DNA from: an uncultured Gemmatimonadales bacterium
Lineage (GTDB): Bacteria; Gemmatimonadota; Gemmatimonadetes; Gemmatimonadales; Gemmatimonadaceae
Direction of reading: 5' to 3'
Assembly: GCA_963701965.1 (NCBI GenBank)
Contig: OY969695.1
Coordinates: 1,664,001 to 1,728,000 of the forward strand
Length of the DNA stretch: 64,000 bases
The notes under the pieces were generated by a model. It was not told the DNA's origin, ran no database searches, and saw nothing but the letters and a program-made list of their open reading frames with translations. This document shows, piece by piece, positions 21,238 through 32,370 of the stretch (within the stretch, counting starts at the first letter, position 1; every line of letters starts with the position of its first letter). The position numbers were made by a program, and so were the translations under genes.

Positions 21238-21626
21238 ACGGTCTTCCTGAGTTGGCGGGGGACTGGCGCCGGCGCGCAGAGCTGCTGCGGACACACGGCG
21301 CGGAGGAAGCCGCGAAGACTTGCGATGCGCTGGCAGCCGAACTCGAAGCGTCGATCAGTGAGCGCGAAAATGAATTGCTCACTCTGGCACAAGCGCAGGT
21401 CGTTTGCGGCTACTCGCGCGATCACCTGGCGCGCCTGATTCGTAACGGTGCGATTCCGAACGCCGGCCGCCGGCACGCGCCAAGGGTACGACGTCAGGAC
21501 CTGCCGATGCGTCCGGCGAAGAAGAACATTGCTCGGCAGACACACGCCGCATATGATCCCGTTGCCGATGCCCGGTCGCTCTCTGCGGCCCGTCTCCACA
21601 AGGGAGGCGTGCATGGCAAGACGTAG
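21234..21626 (+). CDS. Excisionase-like HTH protein
   Basis: LLTLAQAQVVCGYSRDHLARLIRNGAIPN...PRVRRQDLP, directly upstream of the integrase. Confidence 0.7.
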   Translation: MNGLPELAGDWRRRAELLRTHGAEEAAKTCDALAAELEASISERENELLTLAQAQVVCGYSRDHLARLIRNGAIPNAGRRHAPRVRRQDLPMRPAKKNIARQTHAAYDPVADARSLSAARLHKGGVHGKT

Positions 21627-22883
21627 CGGCTGGTACAAAGTGGACGGACGATGGGCGCGAGTGCTCGGCGAGCGAGGGTGCCGCGTCCGGCTGTTTGAGA
21701 TGACGAAGGGTGGTCCTTTTTATCGGACTGTGTGGGTCTCGGGTCGCGGGAAGGACCGGAAGTGCCTACACACTTCGGACAAAGCCAGAGCCGAGCGCCT
21801 GGGACTCTCGTTACTCACGTCCCTGCTACAGGGACTGGCTCCAGCACCGGAAACGCCGCTGACACTGGGCGATCTCTGGAATCGGTATCGCACCGAGTGC
21901 CGGACATTCCACGCCACGAGGCCACGGTGGCAGTTGGAGTGCGGGGACGCATGAAGTGCTTGATCGCGTACTTCGGTGCCGGTTGCCAGGTGCGCGAACT
22001 GTCCGCCGACGATGTGGCAGCCTACACAGCCACCCGGCGCGCCGGCGGGATCGTGGTCGACGAGGACTACACGACTGGCGCGGTACGTCCGCGAAGCGTC
22101 GATGTCGATCTTACGTTGCTCAATCGCATCTTGAACTGGGCAGTTTCGGTACGAGTGAATGGCGTTCGACTGCTAGACACCAACCCGCTCCGCGGCGTTC
22201 AGCGCGTGCGGGAGCACAAATCGCGAAGACCGTTGGCGACCTGGGATCGCTTCCTGGTCACACGCAAGGCACTCCGCGAATTGGCGGACGAAGCGATTGA
22301 TGACGCCGAACACCTGCGGTTCGTGAAGATCGAGTTCGCGCTGGTACTCGCCGAAGCTACGGGACGCCGGCTCGGTTCGATCCGCCAGCTCGAATGGTCG
22401 GACATAGATCTGGAGGGCGGCGTGATTCGTTGGCGCGCCGAGGCGGACAAGCAGGACGCTGAGTGCCAGGTGCCGATCCCGGCGGCACTCGGCGAGGAGA
22501 TTCGCGCATTCCGGAAGGAGCTCGCGACGGTCGGCGGGCTATGCTTCCCCTCCGAGCAAGACATCACGGTGGCGATGAGCCGGTATCAGTTCGCCAAATG
22601 GCTCCGGCGCGCGGAGAAGAAGGCGAGGCTGCCGAAACTCGCCGGCGGCCTTTGGCACCCATATCGCCGAAAGTGGGCGACCGAACGCAAGCACCTCGCA
22701 ATCGCCGACGTCGCGGCCGCCGGCGGGTGGCGTGATAAGGCGACGTTGCTCAACTACACCCAACCAACCGATGACGCCATGCTCGCGGTCATGAGCGAGC
22801 CCACCAAGCTCCGAGACGTGGCATTAGCCGGCCAAACGAAGCCACGGAACGGGTCACCAAATGGGTCACGGCCCGAGATGTAA
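21613..22883 (+). CDS. Tyrosine recombinase/integrase (frameshift near 21930)
   Basis: TGRRLGSI..LEWSDID, LWHPYRRKWATERKH, AGGW, NYTQ; adjacent to tRNA. Confidence 0.92.
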
Positions 22884-22920
22884 AAAACCGGCGCCACTCA
22901 GCAACGCTAAGTGACGCCGG
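22882..22920 (-). terminator. Intrinsic terminator downstream of tRNA-Pro
   Basis: Minus strand ccggcgtcacttagc-gtt-gctgagtggcgccgg-tttttt. Confidence 0.85.
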
Positions 22921-22932
22921 CGGTTAGATGAG

Positions 22933-23006
22933 TCGGGGCGACTGGATTTGAACCAGCGACCTCCTGCTCCCGAAGCAGGCGCGCTACCGGGCTACGCTAC
23001 GCCCCG
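22933..23006 (-). tRNA. tRNA-Pro(CGG), CCA not encoded
   Basis: CGGGGCGTAGCGTAGCCCGGTAGCGCGCCTGCTTCGGGAGCAGGAGGTCGCTGGTTCAAATCCAGTCGCCCCGA folds as a cloverleaf with anticodon CGG. Confidence 0.97.
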
Positions 23007-23147
23007 AAAAAAACGGTAGAGATCGTAAAAATACTGATGCCGGCCACCCGCGCGCCAGGCGCACCGTGACAGTCGGGCGCTTGAAGCCCGGAAGTCCCGC
23101 GGGCAACTTGTACGGCGCGTCGACACATTTACCGTGAGGAAACAGGT

Positions 23148-23717
23148 ATGAGACGAGCCTTCCGGGCCACCACCGCGGCACTCGGCCTGACCACGTTCGC
23201 ACTCTGCGCGGCTCCCACCGCGGTGGCGCAGTCCTCGCCGCTGTCGCTCACATTGGCGACCTTCGCCAACAACGACAAAATCCCCACCGCCCAAGGCTAC
23301 GACAAGAACAGCTGCGGCGGCCAGAACGTCTCCCCCGCCCTCAAATGGGCCGGCGTGCCGAGCGGAACCAAGAGCCTGGCGCTCATCATGTTCGACCCCG
23401 ATGCGCGCAAAGGCCAAGGATGGACCCACTGGGTCGCCTACGGCATCGACCCCAAGAAAGGCGGCATCGCCGAAGGCCAAGGCACATCGACCGCCGGCAT
23501 CATCCAAGGAAAGACCGGATTCCCCGCCCCGGGCTACGGCGGACCCTGCCCGCCGGTCGGCGACCCACCCCACCACTACGTCTTCACCCTGTACGCCCTC
23601 GACCTCGCGCCCAACGCCATGGAAGCCGGCCTCGATCGCGATGGATTGCTGACCGCCATCAAGGGCCACTCCATCGGCACCGCCACCCTGACCGGCCTGT
23701 ACCAACGCACCAAATGA
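23148..23717 (+). CDS. Secreted YbhB/YbcL (PEBP/Raf kinase inhibitor-like) protein
   Basis: Signal peptide; NVSPALKW, FDPDA, WTHWV, YGGPCPP, HHYVFTLYALD. Confidence 0.93.
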   Translation: MRRAFRATTAALGLTTFALCAAPTAVAQSSPLSLTLATFANNDKIPTAQGYDKNSCGGQNVSPALKWAGVPSGTKSLALIMFDPDARKGQGWTHWVAYGIDPKKGGIAEGQGTSTAGIIQGKTGFPAPGYGGPCPPVGDPPHHYVFTLYALDLAPNAMEAGLDRDGLLTAIKGHSIGTATLTGLYQRTK

Positions 23718-23769
23718 CTTGGCCCGGGGCCGGCCAACGAGCCGGCCCCGATCCGCGTACTCTTCAGGT

Positions 23770-26700
23770 GTGGCCACTGACGACACACACACGGAAATAG
23801 CCAAGCCCCACGAGCTCGAGCTCGGGACCCGGGGCACCGCCCTCACGGCCCTTTTTATCCGACGCCCCGTCATGACGACCCTCGTCATGGCCGGCATTCT
23901 CCTGTTCGGAATCATCGCTTACCAAGAGCTCCCGGTCAGCGATTACCCCCCCGTCGATTTCCCCACGATCTCCGTCAGCGCCTCCCTCTCCGGCGCCAGC
24001 CCGGAGACCATGGCCGCGACCGTGGCGACGCCCCTCGAGAAACAGTTCTCGACCATCGCCGGCATCGACAACATCACGTCCACCAGCGCCCTCGGCTCCA
24101 CGTCGCTCACCGTCCAGTTCTCCCTGGACCGGAACATCGACGCCGCCGCCCAGGACGTGAACGCGGCCATCTCGGCAGCCCTCGTCAATCTGCCGATCAA
24201 CATCGTCCCGCCCTCCTACCGGAAACAAAACCCGGCCTCCCAGCCGATTCTGTTCTACGCCCTCACGTCGCCCGACCTCCCCCTTCAAACCGTAGACGAA
24301 TACGGCGAAACCACCATCGCCCAACAAGTCTCGATGGTGAACGGCGTCGCCCAGGTCAACGTCTACGGCTCCCAGAAGTACGCCGTCCGCATCCAGGTCG
24401 ACCCCCAGGCGCTCGCGTCGCGCAATCTCGGCATCGACCAGGTCGCCCGCGCCGTCACGGCCGACAACGTCAGTATCCCCACGGGCATCATGTACGGCCC
24501 CAACCAGACCAAAACGGTCTACGCCACGGGCCAGCTCTACAACGCCGACCAGTTCAAGCACCTCATCGTCGCCTATCGGAACGGCGCGCCGGTCCGACTC
24601 GGCGATGTCGGCAACGTCCTGGATGACGTCCAGAACAACAAGACCGCCAGCTGGTACTACACGGGCGGCAAGGGCCAGCGCTCGATCTTCCTCGCCATCA
24701 CCCGCCAGCCCGGGACCAACACCATCGATGTCGTCAACGCCGTCAAGAAGACGATGGCGAACATTCGAAAAGGAGCTCCCGCCCTCCGTCACCGTCCACA
24801 CCGAGGGCGACCGCAGCATCAGCATCTTGGGCGCCGTGCATGACGTCAGGCTCTCGCTGCTCCTGGCGCTCATCTTCGTCGTGCTCGTCATCTTCATATT
24901 CCTGAGGAACGTCACCGCTACCATCATCCCGAGCCTCACCCTGCCGATGGCCGTCGTCGGCACGTTCTCGGTGATGTACCTGCTCAACTTCAGCCTCGAC
25001 AACCTCTCGCTCATGGCCCTGACCCTGGCCGTGGGCTTCGTGGTCGACGACGCGATCGTGATGCTGGAGAACATCATCCGGCACATTGAGCTCGGCGAGA
25101 AACCGATGGAAGCCGCCTACAAAGGCTCCGGCGAAGTCGGCTTCACCATCCTGTCGATGACGCTCTCGCTCGGCGCCGTGTTCATTCCGCTCGTGTTCAT
25201 GGGCGGCATCATCGGCCGGCTGTTCAACGAGTTCGCGCTCACGATCACCATCTCGATCCTGGTGTCGGGCTTCGTGTCGCTGACGCTGACCCCGATGCTG
25301 TGCAGCCGGTTCCTGCAGGAACGGCACGAAGAACACCACGGCAAGATGTTCATGGCTACCGAGCGCGCGTTCAGCGCCGTCCTCGGCGCCTATGAACGCA
25401 GTCTCGCCTGGGTCATGCGGCACCGGCCGCTCACGCTGGCGTTCTCCGTCCTGATCCTCGTCCTGACCGCGGTCCTGTTCCGGTTCGTCTCCAAAGGCCT
25501 CTTTCCGCCCGACGACACCGGCCAGCTCAACGCGACCACCGAGGCCGCGCAGGGCACATCGTTCAGGAGATGGTCCGGCTCCAGCAGCGCGTCGCCAAAC
25601 TGGCCGCCCAGGACCCCTACATCGATCAGTTCGTCTCGTCGGCCGGCGCCGGTGGCTTCACCTCGGGCTCGAATCAGGGCAACATGTTCATCACCCTGAA
25701 GCCCGCCAACCAACGCCCGCCCGCCGACGTCTGCCTGGTGGAAATCACCCGGCGCTTGAACCGCGTGCCGGGCATCTCGGTCTTCATCCAGAACCCCCCC
25801 AGCATCCGCATCGGCGGCCGCAACTCGAAATCCCTCTACCAGTACACGCTCCAAGCTCCCGACATCGCCGAGCTGTACGAGAACGCCCTCAAGCTGCTGA
25901 CAGAGCTCAAGAAGAACCCCCTGCTCACCGACGTCACGTCCGACCTGCTCAATACCAGCCCCACCGTCACCGTCCGCATGGACCGCAACCGGGCCGCGGC
26001 CCTCGGCGTCACGGCGGCGGCACTGGAGAACGCGCTCGCGGAAGCCTACAACGCCCAGCAGGTGTCCACGATCTACACGGCGAGCAACGAGTACTGGGTG
26101 CTCATGGAAGTCCTGCCCAAGTATCAGCAGTCCATCCCCGACATCACCTCGCTCTACGTCCACGGGAGCAACAACAGGGTCGTCCCGATGTCGGACGTCG
26201 CCACGCTCGACCGCGGCGTCAGCCCCCAGACCGTGAATCACTCGGGCCAGCTGCCGTCCGTCACCATCACGTTCAACACCCCGCCCGGCGCCGACCTCAG
26301 TAAAGTCACCAGCACCGTCGATGCCGCCGCCAACCGCGTCCTCGCCGGCGACGTGTCGCACGCGTTCTCCGGTCAGGCCCAGGCGTTCCAGAGCTCGCAG
26401 TCAGGACTCGGCGTCCTGCTCGTCGTGACCATCTTCGTCATCTACATCATCCTCGGCATCCTGTACGAGAGCTTCATCCACCCGATCACCATTCTCACGG
26501 GTCTGCCGTTTGCCACGTTTGGGGCATTGCTGGCCCTCTTCGTCACCGGCGTCGAGCTCGACGTGTACGCCTACGTGGGCATCATCATGCTGATCGGCAT
26601 CGTCAAGAAGAACGCCATCATGATGATCGACTTCGCCATCGAGACCGAGCGCGCCGGACACAAGACGCCCACCGAAGCCATTCTCGAAGCCTGCAGCGTC

Positions 26701-26979
26701 CGGTTCCGCCCGATCATGATGACGACCGTCGCCGCGATCGCCGGCACCCTCCCCATCGCCATCGGCGTCGGCACCTCCGCGGCGTCCCGCCGCCCCCTCG
26801 GCGTCTCGGTGGTCGGCGGCCTCGCGTTCTCCCAAGTCGTGACGCTCTACGTCACCCCCGTGTTCTATACCTACCTCGACGAGCTGCAAACGTGGCTCGG
26901 CAACCCCCACCTGCCGCGCTGGATGCGGCTCTGGCCGCGGCGGCAACCGCAGCTGCCCGTACCTGTCGCCGGCGACTGA
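23770..26979 (+). CDS. RND efflux permease, MdtB/C-like (frameshifts near 24770 and 25570)
   Basis: FIRRPVMTTL, GFVVDDAIVMLENI, GIVKKNAIMMIDFA, RFRPIMMTT. Confidence 0.9.
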
Positions 26980-26983
26980 TCGC

Positions 26984-29900
26984 ATGAACTTCACGACTCT
27001 CTTCATCAAGCGCCCGGTCATGACGACCCTCGTCATGGTCGGCATCCTGTTCTTCGGCATCGTCGCCTACCGCGCCCTCCCGGTCAGCGACCTGCCCAAC
27101 GTCGACTACCCGACGATCACGGTCAGCGCCACGCTCCCCGGCGCCAGCCCCGAAACCATGGCGGCTACCGTCGCCACGCCGCTCGAGAAGCAATTCTCGA
27201 CGATCGCCGGCATCGACAACATGACGTCGACGTCGAGCATCGGCGCCACACAGATCGTCGTCCAGTTCACGCTCGACCGGAACATCGACGCCGCCGCCCA
27301 GGACGTGCAGGCGGCCATCACCCAGACCCTGCGCACGCTGCCGCAAGGCATCATCCCGCCGTCGTACCAGAAGACCAACCCGGCCGACGCCCCGATCATC
27401 ACCTTGGCGCTGACGTCGGACGTCGTGCCCCTCTCGGCGCTCGATGAGTACGGCGAGGTCACGCTGGCCCAACGCCTGTCGATGGTCGGCGGCGTCGCCC
27501 AGGTGCTCGTCCAGGGCACGCAGAAGTACGCCGTGCGCATCCAGCTCGACCCGCACCAGCTGGCCACGCGCAACATCGGCCTCGAGGACGTCAACGCCGC
27601 GATCGCCAGCCAGAACGTCAACATCGCCACCGGCGTCCTGTGGGGCACCAAGACCGCGCTCACCATCAACGCCACGGGCCAGCTCGATAACGCGCAAGCG
27701 TTCCGCGACATGGTGGTCGCCTACAAAAACGGCGCCCCGGTCCGCTTGGGTGACGTGGGACGCGTCACCGACGACGTCCAGAACAACAAGACCGCCAGCT
27801 GGCTCAACGGCCAACGATCCATCGTCCTCCAGATCCAACGCCAACCCGGCACCAACACGGTGGCGGTCGCCAACCGGATCAAACAGGCCCTCGCCAAACT
27901 GGAAGCCGATATCCCGGGCTCCATCCATGTCGAGATCCTCTACGACCGGTCGACGAGCATCCAGGAGTCGGTGCACGACGTCACGTTCACTCTCGAGCTG
28001 ACCCTCGTGCTCGTCGTGCTCGTGATCTTCCTGTTCCTCCGCAACCTCTCGGCGACGGTCATCCCGAGCCTCGCCTTGCCGATGTCGATCATCGGCACGT
28101 TCTCGGTGATGTACCTGCTCAACTACAGCCTCGACAACCTGTCGCTCATGGCCCTGACGCTCGCCGTCGGGTTCGTGGTCGACGACGCCATCGTCATGCT
28201 GGAGAACATCGTCCGCCACCTGGAGATGGGGAAACCCCGGGTGCAGGCGGCGATGGACGGCGCCGCCGAGGTGGGCTTCACGATCCTGTCCATGACGCTG
28301 TCGCTCTCCGCGGTGTTCATCCCGATCCTCTTCATGGGCGGGATCATCGGGAAGCTGTTCCACGAGTTCGCGGTCACCATCGGCGTCTCGATCCTCGTGT
28401 CCGGGTTCGTGTCGCTGACCCTGACGCCGATGCTCTCCAGCCTCTTCCTGCGCGGCGAAAAGGACCAGCACCACGGCCGGATGTACAACGCGGTCGAGCA
28501 CATGTACGATGTCGTCCTGGCGAAGTACGAGAGCAGCCTGGCCTGGGTCATGGCCCGCCGGCCCGCCACGCTCGTGTTCTCGGCCGTCATCCTGGTCGCC
28601 ACGGTCGTCGTGTTCTGGTTCATGCCCAAGGGTCTCTTCCCGAGCGATGACACCGGACAGCTCCTGGTGACCACGGAAGCGGCCGAAGGCGTGTCCTTCG
28701 ACGCCCTGGTGCAGCACCAGGCCGAGGCCGCCGCCATCATCGTCAAAGACCCCGACGTGCACGCGGTCACATCGTCGGTCGGCACGACGCCGGCTGCGAA
28801 CCAGGGGCAGATGACGATCGATCTCAAGCCGATCAGCCAACGGAGCCGGACGGCGGATGACATCGCGCGCGACCTGACGAGGTCCGTGGCCGGCGTCCCC
28901 GGCATCACGATCTTCGTCCAGAATCCACCGGCGATCTCGATCGGCGGCCTCCAGTCCAAGAGCCTGTACCAATACACGCTGCAGAGCGGCGACGTCCCGA
29001 CGCTCAACAAGACAGCCCGCGCGCTGGAAGACCGGCTGCGCCAACTGCCGATGCTGTCGGGCGTCACCAGCGATCTCCTCATCGAGAACCCGCAGGTCAC
29101 GATCGACATCGACCGCGATCACGCCGGCCAACTGGGCGTCACGGCGGCCGAGATCGAGAACACGCTGTACGACGCGTTCGGCCAACGGCAGGTGTCGACG
29201 ATCTACACGCCGACCAACGAGTACTGGGTCGTCATGGAAGTCCTCCCCCAGTTCCAGGCCGACGTGGCCTCGCTCGGCACGCTCTACGTGCGGCCCAACA
29301 CCGGCGGCGGCGGCCAGTCCAACGGCGGGTACGGCGCGCTCAGCGTCGCGCCGAGCTCCGGCGGCGCGCTGGTGCCGCTGTCGGCCGTTGCGCGGTTCCG
29401 CGACGACGTGGGTCCGGTCACCGTCAACCACTCGGGCCAGCTCCCGTCGGTCACGATCTCGTTCGACCTGGCGCCCGGCGCATCGCTCGGCTCGGCGCTC
29501 ACCGCGATCCAAAAGGAATCCAAGGCGGTCCTGCCCGGCAACATCGGCGCCAGCTTCACCGGGACCGCGGCCGCGTTCGAGTCCACCCAATCCGGGCTGC
29601 TGCTCCTCGTGGCGCTGGCCGTGTTCGTGATCTACCTGATCCTGGGCGTCTTGTACGAGAGCTTCATCCACCCGATCACGATCCTCTCCGGCCTGCCCTT
29701 CGCGGCGTTCGGCGCGCTCGTCACCCTCTGGCTCTGCCACCTCGATCTCGACGTCTACGGCATCGTCGGCGTCATCATGCTCATCGGCATCGTGAAGAAG
29801 AACGCGATCATGATGATCGACTTCGCCATCGAGTCCGAGCACGGCGGCAAATCGCCGGAAGCGGCGATCCTCGAGGCCTGCAGCGTCCGGTTCCGCCCGA

Positions 29901-30160
29901 TCATGATGACGACGATGGCGGCGCTCATGGGCGCGTTGCCGATCGCGCTGGGGTTGGGCGCCGGGGCGTCCACGCGCCGTCCGTTGGGCGTCGCGGTGGT
30001 CGGCGGCCTGGCCTTCTCCCAGCTGGTCACGCTGTACGTGACTCCGGTGTTCTATACCTACTTCGACGAGCTCCAGACGTGGTTCGAGGCCCGCGCCGAG
30101 CGGAAGAAGACCGGCGAGCACGCCATCATGCCGGGACCTCTGCCACAGGCTGGCGACTAG
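26984..30160 (+). CDS. RND efflux permease, MdtB/C-like
   Basis: Intact 1058 aa with the same RND motifs. Confidence 0.95.
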   Translation: MNFTTLFIKRPVMTTLVMVGILFFGIVAYRALPVSDLPNVDYPTITVSATLPGASPETMAATVATPLEKQFSTIAGIDNMTSTSSIGATQIVVQFTLDRNIDAAAQDVQAAITQTLRTLPQGIIPPSYQKTNPADAPIITLALTSDVVPLSALDEYGEVTLAQRLSMVGGVAQVLVQGTQKYAVRIQLDPHQLATRNIGLEDVNAAIASQNVNIATGVLWGTKTALTINATGQLDNAQAFRDMVVAYKNGAPVRLGDVGRVTDDVQNNKTASWLNGQRSIVLQIQRQPGTNTVAVANRIKQALAKLEADIPGSIHVEILYDRSTSIQESVHDVTFTLELTLVLVVLVIFLFLRNLSATVIPSLALPMSIIGTFSVMYLLNYSLDNLSLMALTLAVGFVVDDAIVMLENIVRHLEMGKPRVQAAMDGAAEVGFTILSMTLSLSAVFIPILFMGGIIGKLFHEFAVTIGVSILVSGFVSLTLTPMLSSLFLRGEKDQHHGRMYNAVEHMYDVVLAKYESSLAWVMARRPATLVFSAVILVATVVVFWFMPKGLFPSDDTGQLLVTTEAAEGVSFDALVQHQAEAAAIIVKDPDVHAVTSSVGTTPAANQGQMTIDLKPISQRSRTADDIARDLTRSVAGVPGITIFVQNPPAISIGGLQSKSLYQYTLQSGDVPTLNKTARALEDRLRQLPMLSGVTSDLLIENPQVTIDIDRDHAGQLGVTAAEIENTLYDAFGQRQVSTIYTPTNEYWVVMEVLPQFQADVASLGTLYVRPNTGGGGQSNGGYGALSVAPSSGGALVPLSAVARFRDDVGPVTVNHSGQLPSVTISFDLAPGASLGSALTAIQKESKAVLPGNIGASFTGTAAAFESTQSGLLLLVALAVFVIYLILGVLYESFIHPITILSGLPFAAFGALVTLWLCHLDLDVYGIVGVIMLIGIVKKNAIMMIDFAIESEHGGKSPEAAILEACSVRFRPIMMTTMAALMGALPIALGLGAGASTRRPLGVAVVGGLAFSQLVTLYVTPVFYTYFDELQTWFEARAERKKTGEHAIMPGPLPQAGD

Positions 30161-30307
30161 TCGCCGAACGGTCCCACCGGGGCCAGGTCACTGGTGGCCG
30201 CCGTGATCGCGAGGGCGTCGATCGTGAGAAGCGCGGCCACGGGACGCTAACGTGCACTCCCCGCGTCACAGGCCGCCCGCGCCGGCGGCCAAGATTATGT
30301 CAGTACT

Positions 30308-30634
30308 TCATGACGGGACGGCAACCGGCGACCGGTCCGCGTCTTCCGATCGGGAATAGCAGCCCGCAACCGCGGCGTTCACCGCCGCGCCGAGTACATG
30401 GAGCGCCCAGGCCCGTCGCTCGGTCGCCATGAGGGGTTGGACCGCCGGCCGAATGAGCTCCTTGAGCCGAATGATGATCCGCTCCGGAGACTCGCCCTGC
30501 CGTCGCTCGGCGCGCGCGTAGGCCCGTACGGCGCGTTCCAGGCGGCCCTGATTGGCCCAAGGGCCGGCGACCGCGCTCAGGATCGCGCCGCGGACGCGGG
30601 CCTCATAATCGATTGATGGCATTTCTGAAGTCAT
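30308..30634 (-). CDS. Small hypothetical protein
   Basis: MTSEMPSIDYEARVRG...ESPERIIIRLKEL; start overlaps the TetR stop. Confidence 0.5.
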   Translation of the reverse strand: MTSEMPSIDYEARVRGAILSAVAGPWANQGRLERAVRAYARAERRQGESPERIIIRLKELIRPAVQPLMATERRAWALHVLGAAVNAAVAGCYSRSEDADRSPVAVPS

Positions 30635-31248
30635 CAAAGGGAAATCGCCTCCCACGCCATCGACTCCGCAGCCTGCCAGAGGGCCGGCGTCATAGTGATC
30701 TTCCCCTGCACCGCCAACTCCCGGACTTCGCGCAGCAGGCCAAGGCAGACGGCGCGCAGCAACTCGGGCGGCAGGGGCTTGAAGACGCGCTCCGCTATGC
30801 CGGTCTCGAACACGGCGACGAGCGGCGCTTTCATGGCCTCGAGCCGACGCCGCGTCTCGACGCCGACGTACGGCGAGCCATGGTACGCCATGAGAAATGC
30901 CCAGGCCGCGGGATAGGTATCGCCAAACCGCACCGCCCCCTGCCAGTGCGCGGCGAACATCTCCCGGGGCGTCATACCGTCGCGGTGCGACGCCAGCAGA
31001 TCGCGGATCATGAGACTGTCCCAGCGCAGGAAGAGCGCTTCGAGCAACTCGTCCTTGCTCGCGTGATACAGGTACAGCGTTCCGGTGCCCACCCCGGCGC
31101 GGCGGGCGATCTCCGGCACGGTGGTCCCGTGAAAGCCTTGTTCGACGAAGAGCTCCAACGCCGCGGCCTCGATCGCCTCGCATTTCTGCGTGCGATCATC
31201 GACGGCGGCCGCGACAGCGGGCTCAGGCGATAGTGACTGAACGTCCAT
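30634..31248 (-). CDS. TetR/AcrR family regulator
   Basis: AALELFVEQGFHGTTVPEIARRAGVGTGTLYLYHASKDELL. Confidence 0.93.
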   Translation of the reverse strand: MDVQSLSPEPAVAAAVDDRTQKCEAIEAAALELFVEQGFHGTTVPEIARRAGVGTGTLYLYHASKDELLEALFLRWDSLMIRDLLASHRDGMTPREMFAAHWQGAVRFGDTYPAAWAFLMAYHGSPYVGVETRRRLEAMKAPLVAVFETGIAERVFKPLPPELLRAVCLGLLREVRELAVQGKITMTPALWQAAESMAWEAISL

Positions 31249-31253
31249 TCACT
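31232..31253. promoter_or_regulatory. Palindromic TetR-type operator over the TetR start codon
   Basis: AGTGACTGAACGTCCATTCACT imperfect dyad. Confidence 0.55.
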
Positions 31254-31291
31254 CGCACAATACCCTATTGTGCCCCCGTCGTCAATTGCCC

Positions 31292-32333
31292 CTATGGGGT
31301 GGCCAACTTGCCTGAGCTGACCAGTCGAGCCCTCGGGTCGGCCTGTGCGGGGACGACGGGGACCGGAGGAGCCACCCCAACGGTCCCGCGCCGCCGGCGG
31401 CTCGTGAATCCGAGCAACAGCAGGATCGCCAACGGCACCAGGATGAACACCACCGTGAACAGCGCAAACCAATGCTCGACAAAGGCGCGGTCGGGGTGCT
31501 GGGGATCCACGTACGCCGTGATCGTCTGCCCCCTGTGGTACCGTTCGATCACGGCCTCGGCCCACGCGTACCCGCGCGACTCGTTGAGGGGCGTTACCCC
31601 GCTCGACGTGTACTGGCGCCCGCCGATCGCGTAGCGGTAGGTCACGACCGGCCGGTAGGACATGCGGCCCCGATTCACGCGGACATCTTCGATGCCGGTC
31701 GACAGAACCGTAGCGGGGACTGGACGCCACGTGAGCAGCATGACGACCTGCAAGAGCAGGATCAGGACGCCGACGCCCATGAAGAGGGAGAGAAACCCCA
31801 TCGCCAGCCCGGCATTCTTGATGACGGCGGCGGGCAATGCCGACCCATCGGCAGGGAGCGCGTGCCACCCGCCCAGCGCACGGGCGGCCGCGACAGCGGT
31901 CGCCTGCCCCGCGCGATCGCCGGTGAGGACGGGCGTCCACGGGACCCGCGCGCCGTTCGTGCGAATGAACACGGGGCGGTACGTCGCGTTGGTTTGCGTC
32001 GGCGACCGCTCCAGCGCGACATCTGTGGATGTCGGCCAGCGGCACCTCGGATGTCGTCGTGGGCCCGAAGGGTCCGTACCTGATCAGGCGAGCCACGCCG
32101 GCCGTGCCATCGATCACGACGCGCCGGTCGGCCGCGTTCAGCAACATGACGCACCCCACGAGGGCGAATATCCCGCACACGACGTAGGGCACGAATGGCA
32201 CGCGGGCATGCGTCACGATCATGGCGGCGATGATGCCGCCGCCCATGGCCAACAACGCGGCGCCAATGCCCCTCATGGGCCACGCGCTTTCGTGACAGAC
32301 GACGAGGCCCGGGCGCTGCTCGACGAGGCGCAT
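31292..32333 (-). CDS. DUF3592 membrane protein (frameshift near 32020)
   Basis: WRPVPATVLS...YRPVVTYRY...GQTITAYVDPQHPDRAFV. Confidence 0.75.
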
Positions 32334-32370
32334 CTCCGGAACAGACGACCCGGGGATAACTTATCGTAAC

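Larger units (their letters stand above)
5149..22976. mobile_element. Integrative genomic island at tRNA-Pro(CGG), about 17.8 kb including both att repeats
   Basis: 45-bp direct repeats at both ends, integrase and Xis-like gene next to the tRNA, visibly AT-richer cargo. Confidence 0.93.

Noticed and set aside
21234..22883. Prophage or ICE
   Set aside because: No structural, terminase, relaxase or conjugation genes lie between the att repeats
26852..30121. Long antisense ORFs (also 60910..63996, 48996..50640, 23764..25086 and similar)
   Set aside because: Shadow frames of high-GC genes with clear products on the other strand or frame
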